Under the pieces are notes generated by a model. The model was not told the origin of the DNA. It saw nothing but the letters and a program-made list of their open reading frames with translations, and ran no database searches. A DNA stretch of 64,000 bases from Xanthobacteraceae bacterium (lineage in GTDB: Bacteria > Pseudomonadota > Alphaproteobacteria > Rhizobiales > Xanthobacteraceae), in the NCBI GenBank assembly GCA_035501735.1, contig DATJVR010000034.1, forward strand, positions 7,638 to 71,637, read 5' to 3'. Shown here in pieces: positions 30,318-38,378 of the stretch; positions within the stretch are counted from its first letter, which is position 1; each line of letters opens with the position of its first letter. The translations under genes and the position numbers were made by a program.

Positions 30318-31829
30318 TCACACGTAACCGAGCCAGCGCCAATATGTTGCGCCCAAAGCCATAACGAGAACGAACGCGATCAGCGTCAGGACCAAGCCGG
30401 TGCGCACGAAATCGCGCGCCTCGAACGTCTCGGTTCCATAGGCCACCATGTTCTGCGGCGCGTTCACCACAAGGATGAACCCGAAACTGACCACGAACTG
30501 CAACAGCATGGTCATGCCGACGATGTTAATTCCGGGCGTGCCGACACCCTGCAGGACCGCGATCACAATCGGTATCATTGCCGAGGCGAGCGCTGTTGCG
30601 CTCGCAAAGCCGAGATGGATGACGATCAAGAACAGGCTCATCGTGGCGAGAATGAACAAGGCTGTTGCCTGCTTCAGGCCGAATTCCGCCACGACGATAT
30701 CGGCGAGCCATACCGCTCCCTTGGTCTGCAACAATGCCGTGCCGAGGCTGATGCCTATTCCAAACAGCACAACCGTACCCCATGGAATTTTCGGCTGAGC
30801 GTCTTTCCAGGTCATGATGCCAATGCCGGGTAAAAACATGAGTGCGACCGCCGTAATGGTGGTCGTGCTGGTGTCAAATGTGTGGAGAACGCCTTCAGTC
30901 GCCCAGAATCCCAGTAGCGTGAGCGAGATCGCGAGAAGTTTCATTTCGGACGCCTTCATGCGGCCGAGGTCGGCGAGCGCTTTACGGATCGCCTCGCGCC
31001 CGCCGGGAAATTGCCTCAACTCGGGGGGCATCATGCGTGTCATCACGAAATAAAGGGCGAACGACATCAGGATTGCGAATGGCGCCGCTGCAATCAGCCA
31101 TTCGAGCCATGTGATCGTCCGGCCGAAGGCCTTCTCGATGAAACCGATAGCGACCATATTTTGGGCTGCTGCGGTCTTGATCCCGACGTTCCAGATACTT
31201 GCGGTCTGCACCGTCGTGATCATCAACGTTGCGGCGAACGCGCTTTTCTTGCTGACGCCAAATGCGGCGATGATGCCGAGCGTAATGGGGACCAGGCAGG
31301 CGACACGCGCGGTGGTAGACGGCACCAAGAAGGCGATCACAAACCCGACCAGAATAGTTCCAATCACGACATTCCGGGTCTCGGTGCCGACACGCGAAAG
31401 AATGCTGAGCGCGATCCGGCGGTCGAGACCGGTTGTGGTCATTGCCGCCGAGAGAAACAAAGCCGAAGCAACCAACACCAGCGCCGTATTGGCAAACCCG
31501 CTGAAGGCCAGCGTGAGCGCAGCGCTGGTTCCCATGAGTGCTTTGGGATTTGCCGGGTTGGGCGAAAATCCCAGCAGGAACGCCATCAATGCGGCAATGA
31601 CGATGGCTGAAACCGCGTAATCAAGCGATTCGGTCATCCAGACAATGACGGCGAATGCCAAAATTGCGAGCATGCGATGGCCCGCAATCGGCAATCCTGC
31701 GGGCGTCGGAATCAGGAGTACGGCCGTAAGCGCCGCGATCGCGAGCAGGAGTCCCCAATTTCGGCCGATCCAACTTGATTGCTTGGTTGGCGACACGGCT
31801 GCCGCCGATGATTGCTCTGCAATGGCCAT
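30318..31829 (-). CDS. DASS/SLC13-family anion (di/tricarboxylate or sulfate type) transporter
   Basis: Polytopic membrane protein of about 500 aa with internal repeat topology and hairpin-like motifs typical of the ArsB/NhaD-DASS superfamily. The ATG at 31829 has a GGAGGAAG SD. Confidence 0.7.
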   Translation of the reverse strand: MAIAEQSSAAAVSPTKQSSWIGRNWGLLLAIAALTAVLLIPTPAGLPIAGHRMLAILAFAVIVWMTESLDYAVSAIVIAALMAFLLGFSPNPANPKALMGTSAALTLAFSGFANTALVLVASALFLSAAMTTTGLDRRIALSILSRVGTETRNVVIGTILVGFVIAFLVPSTTARVACLVPITLGIIAAFGVSKKSAFAATLMITTVQTASIWNVGIKTAAAQNMVAIGFIEKAFGRTITWLEWLIAAAPFAILMSFALYFVMTRMMPPELRQFPGGREAIRKALADLGRMKASEMKLLAISLTLLGFWATEGVLHTFDTSTTTITAVALMFLPGIGIMTWKDAQPKIPWGTVVLFGIGISLGTALLQTKGAVWLADIVVAEFGLKQATALFILATMSLFLIVIHLGFASATALASAMIPIVIAVLQGVGTPGINIVGMTMLLQFVVSFGFILVVNAPQNMVAYGTETFEARDFVRTGLVLTLIAFVLVMALGATYWRWLGYV

Positions 31830-31892
31830 AGCTTCCTCCGAACGCACAAATCAGTATTTGCGATAAAATCGTTTGGACACGGCAAGTTCGCT

Positions 31893-31906
31893 TTGAGACA
31901 GATCAA
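31893..31906 (-). promoter_or_regulatory. FNR/FixK-type box TTGAGACAGATCAA upstream of the DASS transporter gene
   Basis: 9/10 match, centred 70 nt upstream of the ATG at 31829. Confidence 0.55.
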
Positions 31907-31990
31907 ATCTGTCTTTGGAAACGTATCGAGCGCTTCGACACCTATGAGTGAGCGAAGTGTCTGTCTATGGCAGTATCGCATGCTGATGTC

Positions 31991-32034
31991 GGAAAATGAA
32001 AAGCGCGTTCCGCGAGTGGTCACGGAACGCGCTT
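31991..32034 (-). terminator. Rho-independent terminator (minus strand)
   Basis: Perfect 12-bp stem AAGCGCGTTCCG/CGGAACGCGCTT with a 10-nt loop, followed on the minus strand by TTCATTTTCC. Confidence 0.65.
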
Positions 32035-32114
32035 CCTTCCGCTCCATCAGGCAGCCGTTTTGACTTCTATTTTCTTCACCTGAGCGGTAGCGGGCTTCGG
32101 CACCGTCACCCTTA
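31991..32114 (-). ncRNA. candidate FixK-dependent short transcript (box at 32149..32162 to terminator at 31991..32034)
   Basis: A perfect FixK box lies 7 nt after the CBS-BON stop. TTCAAT is at -10 distance, and the terminator lies about 120 nt downstream. No credible ORF lies between them. Confidence 0.25.
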
Positions 32115-32148
32115 AAAAATATTGAAAGCGACTGACGGGCTGCCGGCA

Positions 32149-32162
32149 TTGATGTGAATCAA
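32149..32162 (-). promoter_or_regulatory. perfect FNR/FixK box TTGATGTGAATCAA immediately downstream of the CBS-BON gene
   Basis: 10/10 match. On the minus strand it is followed by the shared motif ATATTTTTTAA. Confidence 0.55.
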
Positions 32163-32168
32163 TCGGAT

Positions 32169-32864
32169 CTAGGCCACCATGCCCGACATCGGTTCGACCC
32201 AGACCAATTCGTCCACGACGTTTTTCACGCCGGGGATATTTTCAGCCGCAACGCGCAACGCGTCGCGTTCCCGCGGGTCAGTTACCGCGCCTGAGAGCGT
32301 CACGACGCCATCCCTGACGAATACGTCAATCAATGCGACGGGTGCCCACGGCTGCTTCTTCAACTCAGCAAGCAAGCTTTCGCGGATCGCCTTGTCTCCC
32401 TGGGAAACGGGTTTTACGTCACGTGACACGTTGAGCAAGGCGCGGACCAGATTTGCGCGCGTGATGATGCCGACGACTCGCTTCTCACGCATGACGGGAA
32501 CCCGCTTGACATGACGCCGTTCCATCAAACGCACGACTTCCTCCAGCGAGGCATCCTCGGAAACCGTGTAGACATCCGAAGTCATGATCTCGTTTACGTT
32601 CCGCCCGCTGTTATGGACATATTCATCGGCGAGCTTTCCCGGTCCGGCAAGAAATTCGATCCAGCGAGTGCGATGGCGCTTCGTTCCGATTTCCGCCCGG
32701 CGCAAAAAGTCACCCTCGGTGACAATGCCCACAAGATTGCCGGCTGCGTCGATCACGGGCAGCCCGCTGATATGCTTCAGCAGCATCAACCGAGCGGCAT
32801 GCAAAATCGAGGAATCCGGCGTCACGGAAACAACGTCAGGGGTCATCACATCGCTGGCTTTCAT
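32169..32864 (-). CDS. CBS-pair plus BON domain protein
   Basis: Two CBS motifs (DVMTPDVVSV..., GLPVIDAAGNLVGIVTEGDFLRR; IMTSDVYTV..., RVPVMREKRVVGIITRANL) and a C-terminal BON domain (VRDGVVTLSGAVTDPRERDALRVAAENIPGVKNV). The ATG at 32864 has an AGGAG SD. Confidence 0.85.
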   Translation of the reverse strand: MKASDVMTPDVVSVTPDSSILHAARLMLLKHISGLPVIDAAGNLVGIVTEGDFLRRAEIGTKRHRTRWIEFLAGPGKLADEYVHNSGRNVNEIMTSDVYTVSEDASLEEVVRLMERRHVKRVPVMREKRVVGIITRANLVRALLNVSRDVKPVSQGDKAIRESLLAELKKQPWAPVALIDVFVRDGVVTLSGAVTDPRERDALRVAAENIPGVKNVVDELVWVEPMSGMVA

Positions 32865-32960
32865 GGCAGTGCTCCTATTCATTGCGATTGAATACTAGCC
32901 AAGAACGGGGCCACTCAATTGAGCCACATCAAAAACGACATCAGTCGCAGCGCTACGGAT

Positions 32961-32997
32961 GACAAAATAAATGGCCCCGGAGGGACTCCGGGGCCAT
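32961..32997 (-). terminator. Rho-independent terminator (minus strand)
   Basis: Perfect 12-bp stem ATGGCCCCGGAG/CTCCGGGGCCAT with a 3-nt loop, followed on the minus strand by TTATTTTGTC. Confidence 0.65.
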
Positions 32998-33032
32998 GGC
33001 TGCCGAGTTGATGGGAAGAGGGGAGTGCTCGA
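32961..33032 (-). ncRNA. candidate FixK-dependent small RNA with C/U-rich single-stranded stretch
   Basis: A perfect FixK box sits at 33067..33080, and TATTTT/CATATT is at -10 distance. The predicted RNA of about 70-80 nt contains CACUCCCCUCUUCCC followed by the terminator hairpin. Confidence 0.3.
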
Positions 33033-33066
33033 CTATTAAAAAATATGCCCCGTTTGAGGTGAGGCC

Positions 33067-33080
33067 TTGATCTAAATCAA
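33067..33080 (-). promoter_or_regulatory. perfect FNR/FixK box TTGATCTAAATCAA
   Basis: 10/10 match. It lies between the stop of 33193..33840 and the terminator at 32961..32997. Confidence 0.6.
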
Positions 33081-33192
33081 ATGCCTCCCTCCGGCTCGTC
33101 GTGTGGCGCCGGCGCAGGCCCGGTCAAGAGCACGGTTAACGCAATTCCACCGACGACCCGCAGATACGCCTGCATTTTGTACGGAAATCGGC

Positions 33193-33840
33193 CTACCGCG
33201 CGCCCGGCATGCCGCTGCGATCCGGCCTGTTTCCCATCGGGCCGCCGTGCCTATGCATGCCCTGGTCGTGCATCATCCCGTTCCTCATCATTGCTGTTTG
33301 CACCGCCAGCATGCCGTCGCGCACGAGATCGCTGACTTCCGACGCATGTTGTTGGAGCGCGACCACCGTCTCCTGATCGTTCGATGTCTGGGTTACGATC
33401 ACGCCCTTTTCGATTGTTTCAGCTGCCGTTTTGATCTTGTCCTTGTTCCGGAATATCATGTGCAAAGCTTGGCTCTCGATCGGCAAACCGGGGTCGCGTT
33501 GGGTATTTACTCGTTCTCCCATGCCGGCGACGTGCTCCTTGATGAACAGAGCGATGCGCGGATCATCCGATTCCGTAACAGTTCGGATGCCGTCTGGCAG
33601 GTTGGTCACAGTGCGTCTGATGAGATCGTGGTTGATGATCAATTCATGGATGATGTCCATTTCTGACTTCGTCGCAGAATTGATGCCGGCACCCATCATG
33701 CCGTGACCCATGCCATGCATGAACATCATGCCGAAGCCGTGGCCGCGTTCCTGAGAGGAGGCCTTGAACGCATATGAGCCGACTGCAATTGCCAGAACAA
33801 TCGCGATTGCGATGCCGATCCGTTTGTTGCGCGGGTTCAT
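33193..33840 (-). CDS. periplasmic protein with Met/His-rich tracts at both ends (putative Cu(I)/soft-metal binding)
   Basis: Signal/anchor IGIAIAIVLAIAVGSYAF. The N-terminal tract is GHGFGMMFMHGMGHGMMGAG and the C-terminal tract is MMRNGMMHDQGMHRHGGPMG. The central domain of about 130 aa is not recognised. Confidence 0.6.
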   Translation of the reverse strand: MNPRNKRIGIAIAIVLAIAVGSYAFKASSQERGHGFGMMFMHGMGHGMMGAGINSATKSEMDIIHELIINHDLIRRTVTNLPDGIRTVTESDDPRIALFIKEHVAGMGERVNTQRDPGLPIESQALHMIFRNKDKIKTAAETIEKGVIVTQTSNDQETVVALQQHASEVSDLVRDGMLAVQTAMMRNGMMHDQGMHRHGGPMGNRPDRSGMPGAR

Positions 33841-33942
33841 TGAAAAATCCTTTGCTATCCCTGTGGCAGGCCGTCTCTCGTTCAGAGAACCGCTGCAAAT
33901 GATACGTGCCCTTGAATATCAGTTATGCCAAACGATCATCGT

Positions 33943-34563
33943 TCACGTATGATCATGATCATACAGGCGTTTGAGGAGGCGGATTTTCCCTCCCTTGTTT
34001 CGTTGGATTTCGGCATCCTTCTGCATTTTCGCCAACGTCCGATAGAGCGCTTCGTGGGTCAGTCCGAGATGAGCGGCGAATTCCTTGAGCGAACCGGGCA
34101 GCACGACGCTCCGCGCGTCCGGACCGAGATTGACAGCAAAGTAATGACGAATGCGATCGCGGGCGGAATGGATGTTGCGCTGTTCGAGGCGTGTCCGCAG
34201 ATCCATGATTTGGCGAGCGAGCATGGCCATAAAAGCCTCAGCCGCCTTCGGATTGCGCTTGAACTCAACCAATATCGCGGCCTTCGGATAGAATCGAACC
34301 ACCGTTTTCGTGGTCGCAATCGCATCACAGTGATAGGTCGGCGAGAACAAAGAAGCTTCGGCGATCGTCTCACCGACAGAGGCCGAATGAAGAATGGCCT
34401 CGCGCCCTGAACGATCCACCCGTACCAGCCGCACTTTCCCGCTGATGACCTCGTACAGGCCAACGGTTCGACTGCCCTGTCGGAACAAGGTCTCGCCAGC
34501 CTCGAGGGGACGCTCAACGCCAGCACTCCGTACCACGGTGGGCAGCCAGTCTCGTTCGCTCAC
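33943..34563 (-). CDS. Crp/Fnr-family transcription regulator without an N-terminal Cys cluster
   Basis: cNMP-binding-like beta-roll (GETLFRQGSRTVGLYEVISGKVRL) and C-terminal HTH LKEFAAHLGLTHEALYRTLAKM, with the E and R of the FNR/FixK recognition helix conserved. GTG start. Confidence 0.8.
   Translation of the reverse strand: MSERDWLPTVVRSAGVERPLEAGETLFRQGSRTVGLYEVISGKVRLVRVDRSGREAILHSASVGETIAEASLFSPTYHCDAIATTKTVVRFYPKAAILVEFKRNPKAAEAFMAMLARQIMDLRTRLEQRNIHSARDRIRHYFAVNLGPDARSVVLPGSLKEFAAHLGLTHEALYRTLAKMQKDAEIQRNKGGKIRLLKRLYDHDHT
33947..33964. repeat. perfect 18-bp palindrome GTATGATCATGATCATAC
   Basis: Self-complementary. It overlaps the last codons (YDHDHT) of the Crp/Fnr gene, 107-124 nt upstream of the Met/His-rich protein gene. 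Confidence 0.3.
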
Positions 34564-34687
34564 AACCCAGTTCCTTGCGGGAGTTTAAGTAATAAGATTA
34601 GGTTCAAATTGAGCCTCGTGTTTGGCCTCAATCGCCGAAATCCAAGTCGGTTGCTGTTGTTGCTCCTCCAGGGATGCCTTGCGCGCG

Positions 34688-35986
34688 ATGATGACTGATC
34701 GTCCAGCGGCCGCCGTGGTAACCGCCGCCACGGCTCCCACTTCCTTACCGCAGTCGATACGGCAAAGGATTTTCCTTTACCTGGGAGTCTTGATCATTCT
34801 GCTGGCCTTCGGTTCCCCGCACGGCGGGCTGATCGATATTCCAATCAGCTTTTTTCTCAAAAACAAACTCCACTTGCAGGCGCATGAGGTTGCAATATTC
34901 CGGGTGGTGTCCGCTATTCCACTCTATCTTTCCTTTGTTTTCGGATTTATCCGCGATACCTGGAATCCTTTCGGAATGCGAGACCGAGGATTCATGATGT
35001 TGTTCGGTGCAATCACGGCCGGCTGTTACGTTTATTTTGCTTTCACCCCGGTTACATATGTCGCGCTTCTCATTGCAATCGTGCTGTTGACGACGGCGTT
35101 CCTTTTCGTCGCAAGCGCACAGAATGGACTGACTTCGACGATCGGGCAGCAGCATGCGATATCCGGCCAGATCAGCGCGGTATGGAATATCTTCGCGTCG
35201 ATCCCTACCGTTGCAGCTCTCCTCATCGGGGGTGCGCTCAGCGACCTGCTCGAGGAGCGGAACGTTGATCAGGCCGCCCGTATCCTGTTTCTGATCGGTG
35301 CGGCGGCAACGGCTTCGGTCGCCGTATACGCCGTATGGAAACCCAGTAGCGTGTTTGACAACGTCCGCTATGAACAAGAAACCGTCGTACATCCGCTGAA
35401 CGATCTCAAACGGCTAGTGCTACATTGGCCAGTCTATCCGGCTCTGTTGATCTGGCTGCTATGGAATTTCGCACCTGGCTCAGCCACATCGCTCCAGTAC
35501 TATCTCCAGAATACGCTTCACGCCGATGACGCGCACTGGGGTCAGTGGAACGCCATTTTCGCGGCCTCCTTTATTCCGACTTTCATGGTATTCGGCGTGC
35601 TCTGCCGCAGCTTTCCTTTGAAGACGCTGCTCCTGTGGGGAACCGTGATCGCAGTTCCACAATTGGTGCCTTTGCTCTTCATTCATTCTGTGACGGGAGC
35701 TTTGGTTGCGGCGGTGCCCATCGGGCTCATGGGCGGTGTCGCCACGGCCGCCTATTTGGACCTGATCATTCGATCCTGTCCTCATGGCCTGCAGGGGACG
35801 ACACTGATGATGTCCGGCAGCCTCTATTTCATCGCCGCGCGATTCGGCGATATTCTGGGGACTAATCTCTATGATTATTATGGAGGTTTTGCTGCTTGCG
35901 TGTTTGCAACCACGGCGGTCTATGCCTTGATCCTGCCCACCCTGTTGCTTGTGCCCCAGCGCCTGATTGCCACCGCGGACGGGTGA
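34688..35986 (+). CDS. MFS transporter, folate-biopterin (BT1)-like
   Basis: 12-TM protein. The loop motif GFIRDTWNPFGMRDRGFMML resembles the BT1 family. The ATG at 34688 is preferred over the TTG at 34622. Confidence 0.6.
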   Translation: MMTDRPAAAVVTAATAPTSLPQSIRQRIFLYLGVLIILLAFGSPHGGLIDIPISFFLKNKLHLQAHEVAIFRVVSAIPLYLSFVFGFIRDTWNPFGMRDRGFMMLFGAITAGCYVYFAFTPVTYVALLIAIVLLTTAFLFVASAQNGLTSTIGQQHAISGQISAVWNIFASIPTVAALLIGGALSDLLEERNVDQAARILFLIGAAATASVAVYAVWKPSSVFDNVRYEQETVVHPLNDLKRLVLHWPVYPALLIWLLWNFAPGSATSLQYYLQNTLHADDAHWGQWNAIFAASFIPTFMVFGVLCRSFPLKTLLLWGTVIAVPQLVPLLFIHSVTGALVAAVPIGLMGGVATAAYLDLIIRSCPHGLQGTTLMMSGSLYFIAARFGDILGTNLYDYYGGFAACVFATTAVYALILPTLLLVPQRLIATADG

Positions 35987-36107
35987 ACGGTCTTATCCGG
36001 TTCCGTAATGGCCTAGGATGATGGTTGGCGGACGTCCCGACCGACACCCAGCTACTGATAGGCCTCTCCGTAATCCAATATGTGAATTCCAAAACAGCCG
36101 TCGATAC

Positions 36108-36587
36108 ATGACGCATTACAGCCAACACGCTCATCTGAAATATTCGGCAACGCAACTATTTGATTTGGTCGCAGACGTCGGTAGCTATCCAGAGTTTGTG
36201 CCGTGGGTCATCGCGGCGCGCATTCAACGGCGACAGGAGAATACGGTCTGGGTGGATATGACGATGGGTACAAGTTTTCTGCGCAGGCGATTTTCAACGG
36301 TAGCGCAGCTTAATCGACCGCGTCGAATCGACATCAGCAGCCATGATCCCATGTTCGAGCGGTTTGAACAGCAGTGGAAATTCGAACCTTTGGACGATGG
36401 CGGCACGGATGTCGAATATCGTGTCGAATACGATTTTCGATCGCGCTTGCTGCAAATGTTGATCGGAACAACCGTGGCAGAACAGGCCGAAACAATGGTG
36501 GCTGCCTTCAGACACCGAGCGCAACGATTATACGGAGCTTCCCTATCGGCGTCGCCCGCTCGGCACGACAAGCCCGGTATTCGCTGA
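36108..36587 (+). CDS. SRPBCC-fold protein (RatA / COQ10-like quinone-binding family)
   Basis: YSATQLFDLVADVGSYPEFVPWV and EQQWKFEPLDDGGTDVEYRVEYDFRS are typical of the family. Confidence 0.75.
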   Translation: MTHYSQHAHLKYSATQLFDLVADVGSYPEFVPWVIAARIQRRQENTVWVDMTMGTSFLRRRFSTVAQLNRPRRIDISSHDPMFERFEQQWKFEPLDDGGTDVEYRVEYDFRSRLLQMLIGTTVAEQAETMVAAFRHRAQRLYGASLSASPARHDKPGIR

Positions 36588-36625
36588 TCGAAAACCGGCC
36601 TTTGCGGACTGGCGGCTGGTCAGGT

Positions 36626-37186
36626 TCAAGCGTGTTTTGCGTGTCCGCTGACGCAGACGGGGGACAATGCGCACCTGTCACAACGACCCGAAGGCATCGA
36701 GTCGGGATTCAGGCGTGGTTCCGCGCCGAGCAAGTACAAGGCATTGGCCATGATGCAATAGCCTGTTGCGGCAAACCAAACCATTGCGCCGCCGACGAAG
36801 ATCGTGAAGAGGGTCCACCATGGGCTATGCGCCAGCACCAAAACCGATGCGACGGAAATATTGATTCCGACCGCAAGGTAGATGCGTCGTTCCAGATACC
36901 AGCGATCCGTCTGCATGAAATACAAATTCCAGCGCATCGGGGTATGGTCCCCGAGCATTGGCGTAAAGCCGAACAGCCGCAGCAGATTGCCTATCGGACA
37001 GAATCCGGTGAGGGAGACATTGATAGAGATGAGCCCGGTCGCTGTTACGGCCAATATCCACAGCGGCTGTACGAGAAGCGCCAACGCCGTGCCGGTCAGC
37101 AGCACGATGCCCGCAATCAGCCAGACGCTCCGTTCGATATACCAGCGATGCGTCGGAACAATATACACGCCCGTGCGTACTGCCAT
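36626..37186 (-). CDS. membrane protein with two DUF2892 (YgaP-like) repeats
   Basis: The unit W-Y-(I/L)-ER-x6-G ... TG(F/Y)C(P/I) occurs twice, with hydrophobic hairpins. The C-terminus is Cys-rich (GRCDRCALSPVCVSG). Confidence 0.65.
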   Translation of the reverse strand: MAVRTGVYIVPTHRWYIERSVWLIAGIVLLTGTALALLVQPLWILAVTATGLISINVSLTGFCPIGNLLRLFGFTPMLGDHTPMRWNLYFMQTDRWYLERRIYLAVGINISVASVLVLAHSPWWTLFTIFVGGAMVWFAATGYCIMANALYLLGAEPRLNPDSMPSGRCDRCALSPVCVSGHAKHA

Positions 37187-37310
37187 GCTCGGCCTCAAGA
37201 AACTGGTGCAACAAAGCAGTCGATGCAATGTAGCAGATTGTCATTGCGTGGGCCAGAACGAAGGAAGCTTAAGCGCAGATTGTGCTGCCGCTGACGAGCG
37301 GTTTTTCGAC

Positions 37311-38186
37311 TCAAAGTAATAGTCCGAGACACAGGAAGACTGCGAACAGAAATTGAACCTGCACAGTCTGGACGAGAATTTGATTGAAAACCGGGCCGCG
37401 CGGCTCGTGGGCAAAGCGATAAATCACCAGGAGCGCCGGCGGCAATGTCAGCAGGGCCGGCCATACATGACCAGCAGACAGCGCATCACGCAGCGGCATG
37501 AGCAATGCAAAGGGAAGCAACATCAGCCCAGCAAAAATCCAACTCGTTGCCGTGGGCCCAGCCAGAATCGCCAACGTTTTTCGCCCGGCTCGCGCGTCGG
37601 TTTTGGCATCACGGTGATTGTTGACCAGCAGAACCGCACTCGTCAGCGAGCCGATCGCAATGCCAGTGATGATCGGGGCCGAATCAAGTTCCGCAGTACA
37701 GAGCCAATATGTGCCGCAGACCGCGCCCAAGCCGAAAAACGCCATGACAAATGCTTCTCCGAGCGGGGTATAGGCGATCGGCAGCGGGCCGCCCGTGTAG
37801 GCCCAACCGGACAGAATCGACAATAGTCCGAGGAGCAGGATCGGCCAGCCTCCGATGAATATGAGATAAAGTCCCATGAGCGCGGCGATGCCAAAGCAGA
37901 CGAGCGCGCCGAATTTGACCTCCTGGGCGCTCAATAAACCCGACGCTGTCACTCGCGGTGGTCCGAGGCGCTCTGGCCCGTCACCGCCGCGCACGGAATC
38001 AACCGCATCATTGTGCAGATTGGTTCCGATCTGAATGCAAACACTGGCGACAAACGCCGCCAAGACTGCCAGCCAAAGAATCCTTCTTTCCATCGCCCAG
38101 GCGACTGTGGTGCCGACTGCCACCGGTGCCGCCGAAAGAGTGAGCGTGCGTGGCCGCGCCCCCATGATCCAGGACGATAGATTCAT
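37311..38186 (-). CDS. menA: 1,4-dihydroxy-2-naphthoate polyprenyltransferase (UbiA superfamily, MenA type)
   Basis: ARPRTLTLSAAPV, NLHNDAVD and NNHRDAKTDARAGRKTL motifs. It aligns along its length with E. coli MenA as remembered. Confidence 0.8.
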   Translation of the reverse strand: MNLSSWIMGARPRTLTLSAAPVAVGTTVAWAMERRILWLAVLAAFVASVCIQIGTNLHNDAVDSVRGGDGPERLGPPRVTASGLLSAQEVKFGALVCFGIAALMGLYLIFIGGWPILLLGLLSILSGWAYTGGPLPIAYTPLGEAFVMAFFGLGAVCGTYWLCTAELDSAPIITGIAIGSLTSAVLLVNNHRDAKTDARAGRKTLAILAGPTATSWIFAGLMLLPFALLMPLRDALSAGHVWPALLTLPPALLVIYRFAHEPRGPVFNQILVQTVQVQFLFAVFLCLGLLL

Positions 38187-38378
38187 GACAATGAGTGGCG
38201 TGCAATCGACACGGAGGATTTACTCTGTGCAGGTATCCGTAAGATTACGAGGGATCGGTATCCTTCCCCGTTGAATCGACGTAAGTTAGCAGTACACTTG
38301 AAAGTGGCAACCATCGATGGAGGTGCGGTTGATTCGAGGTCGCCATGACAGGCGTTTTGCATCTTTAGGAATACCACG

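Noticed and set aside
32949-32993. 14-codon ORF MAPESLRGHLFCHP inside the candidate sRNA
   Set aside because: It has no SD and lies entirely within the terminator hairpin, so it is most likely fortuitous. A leader-peptide role cannot be tested from the sequence.
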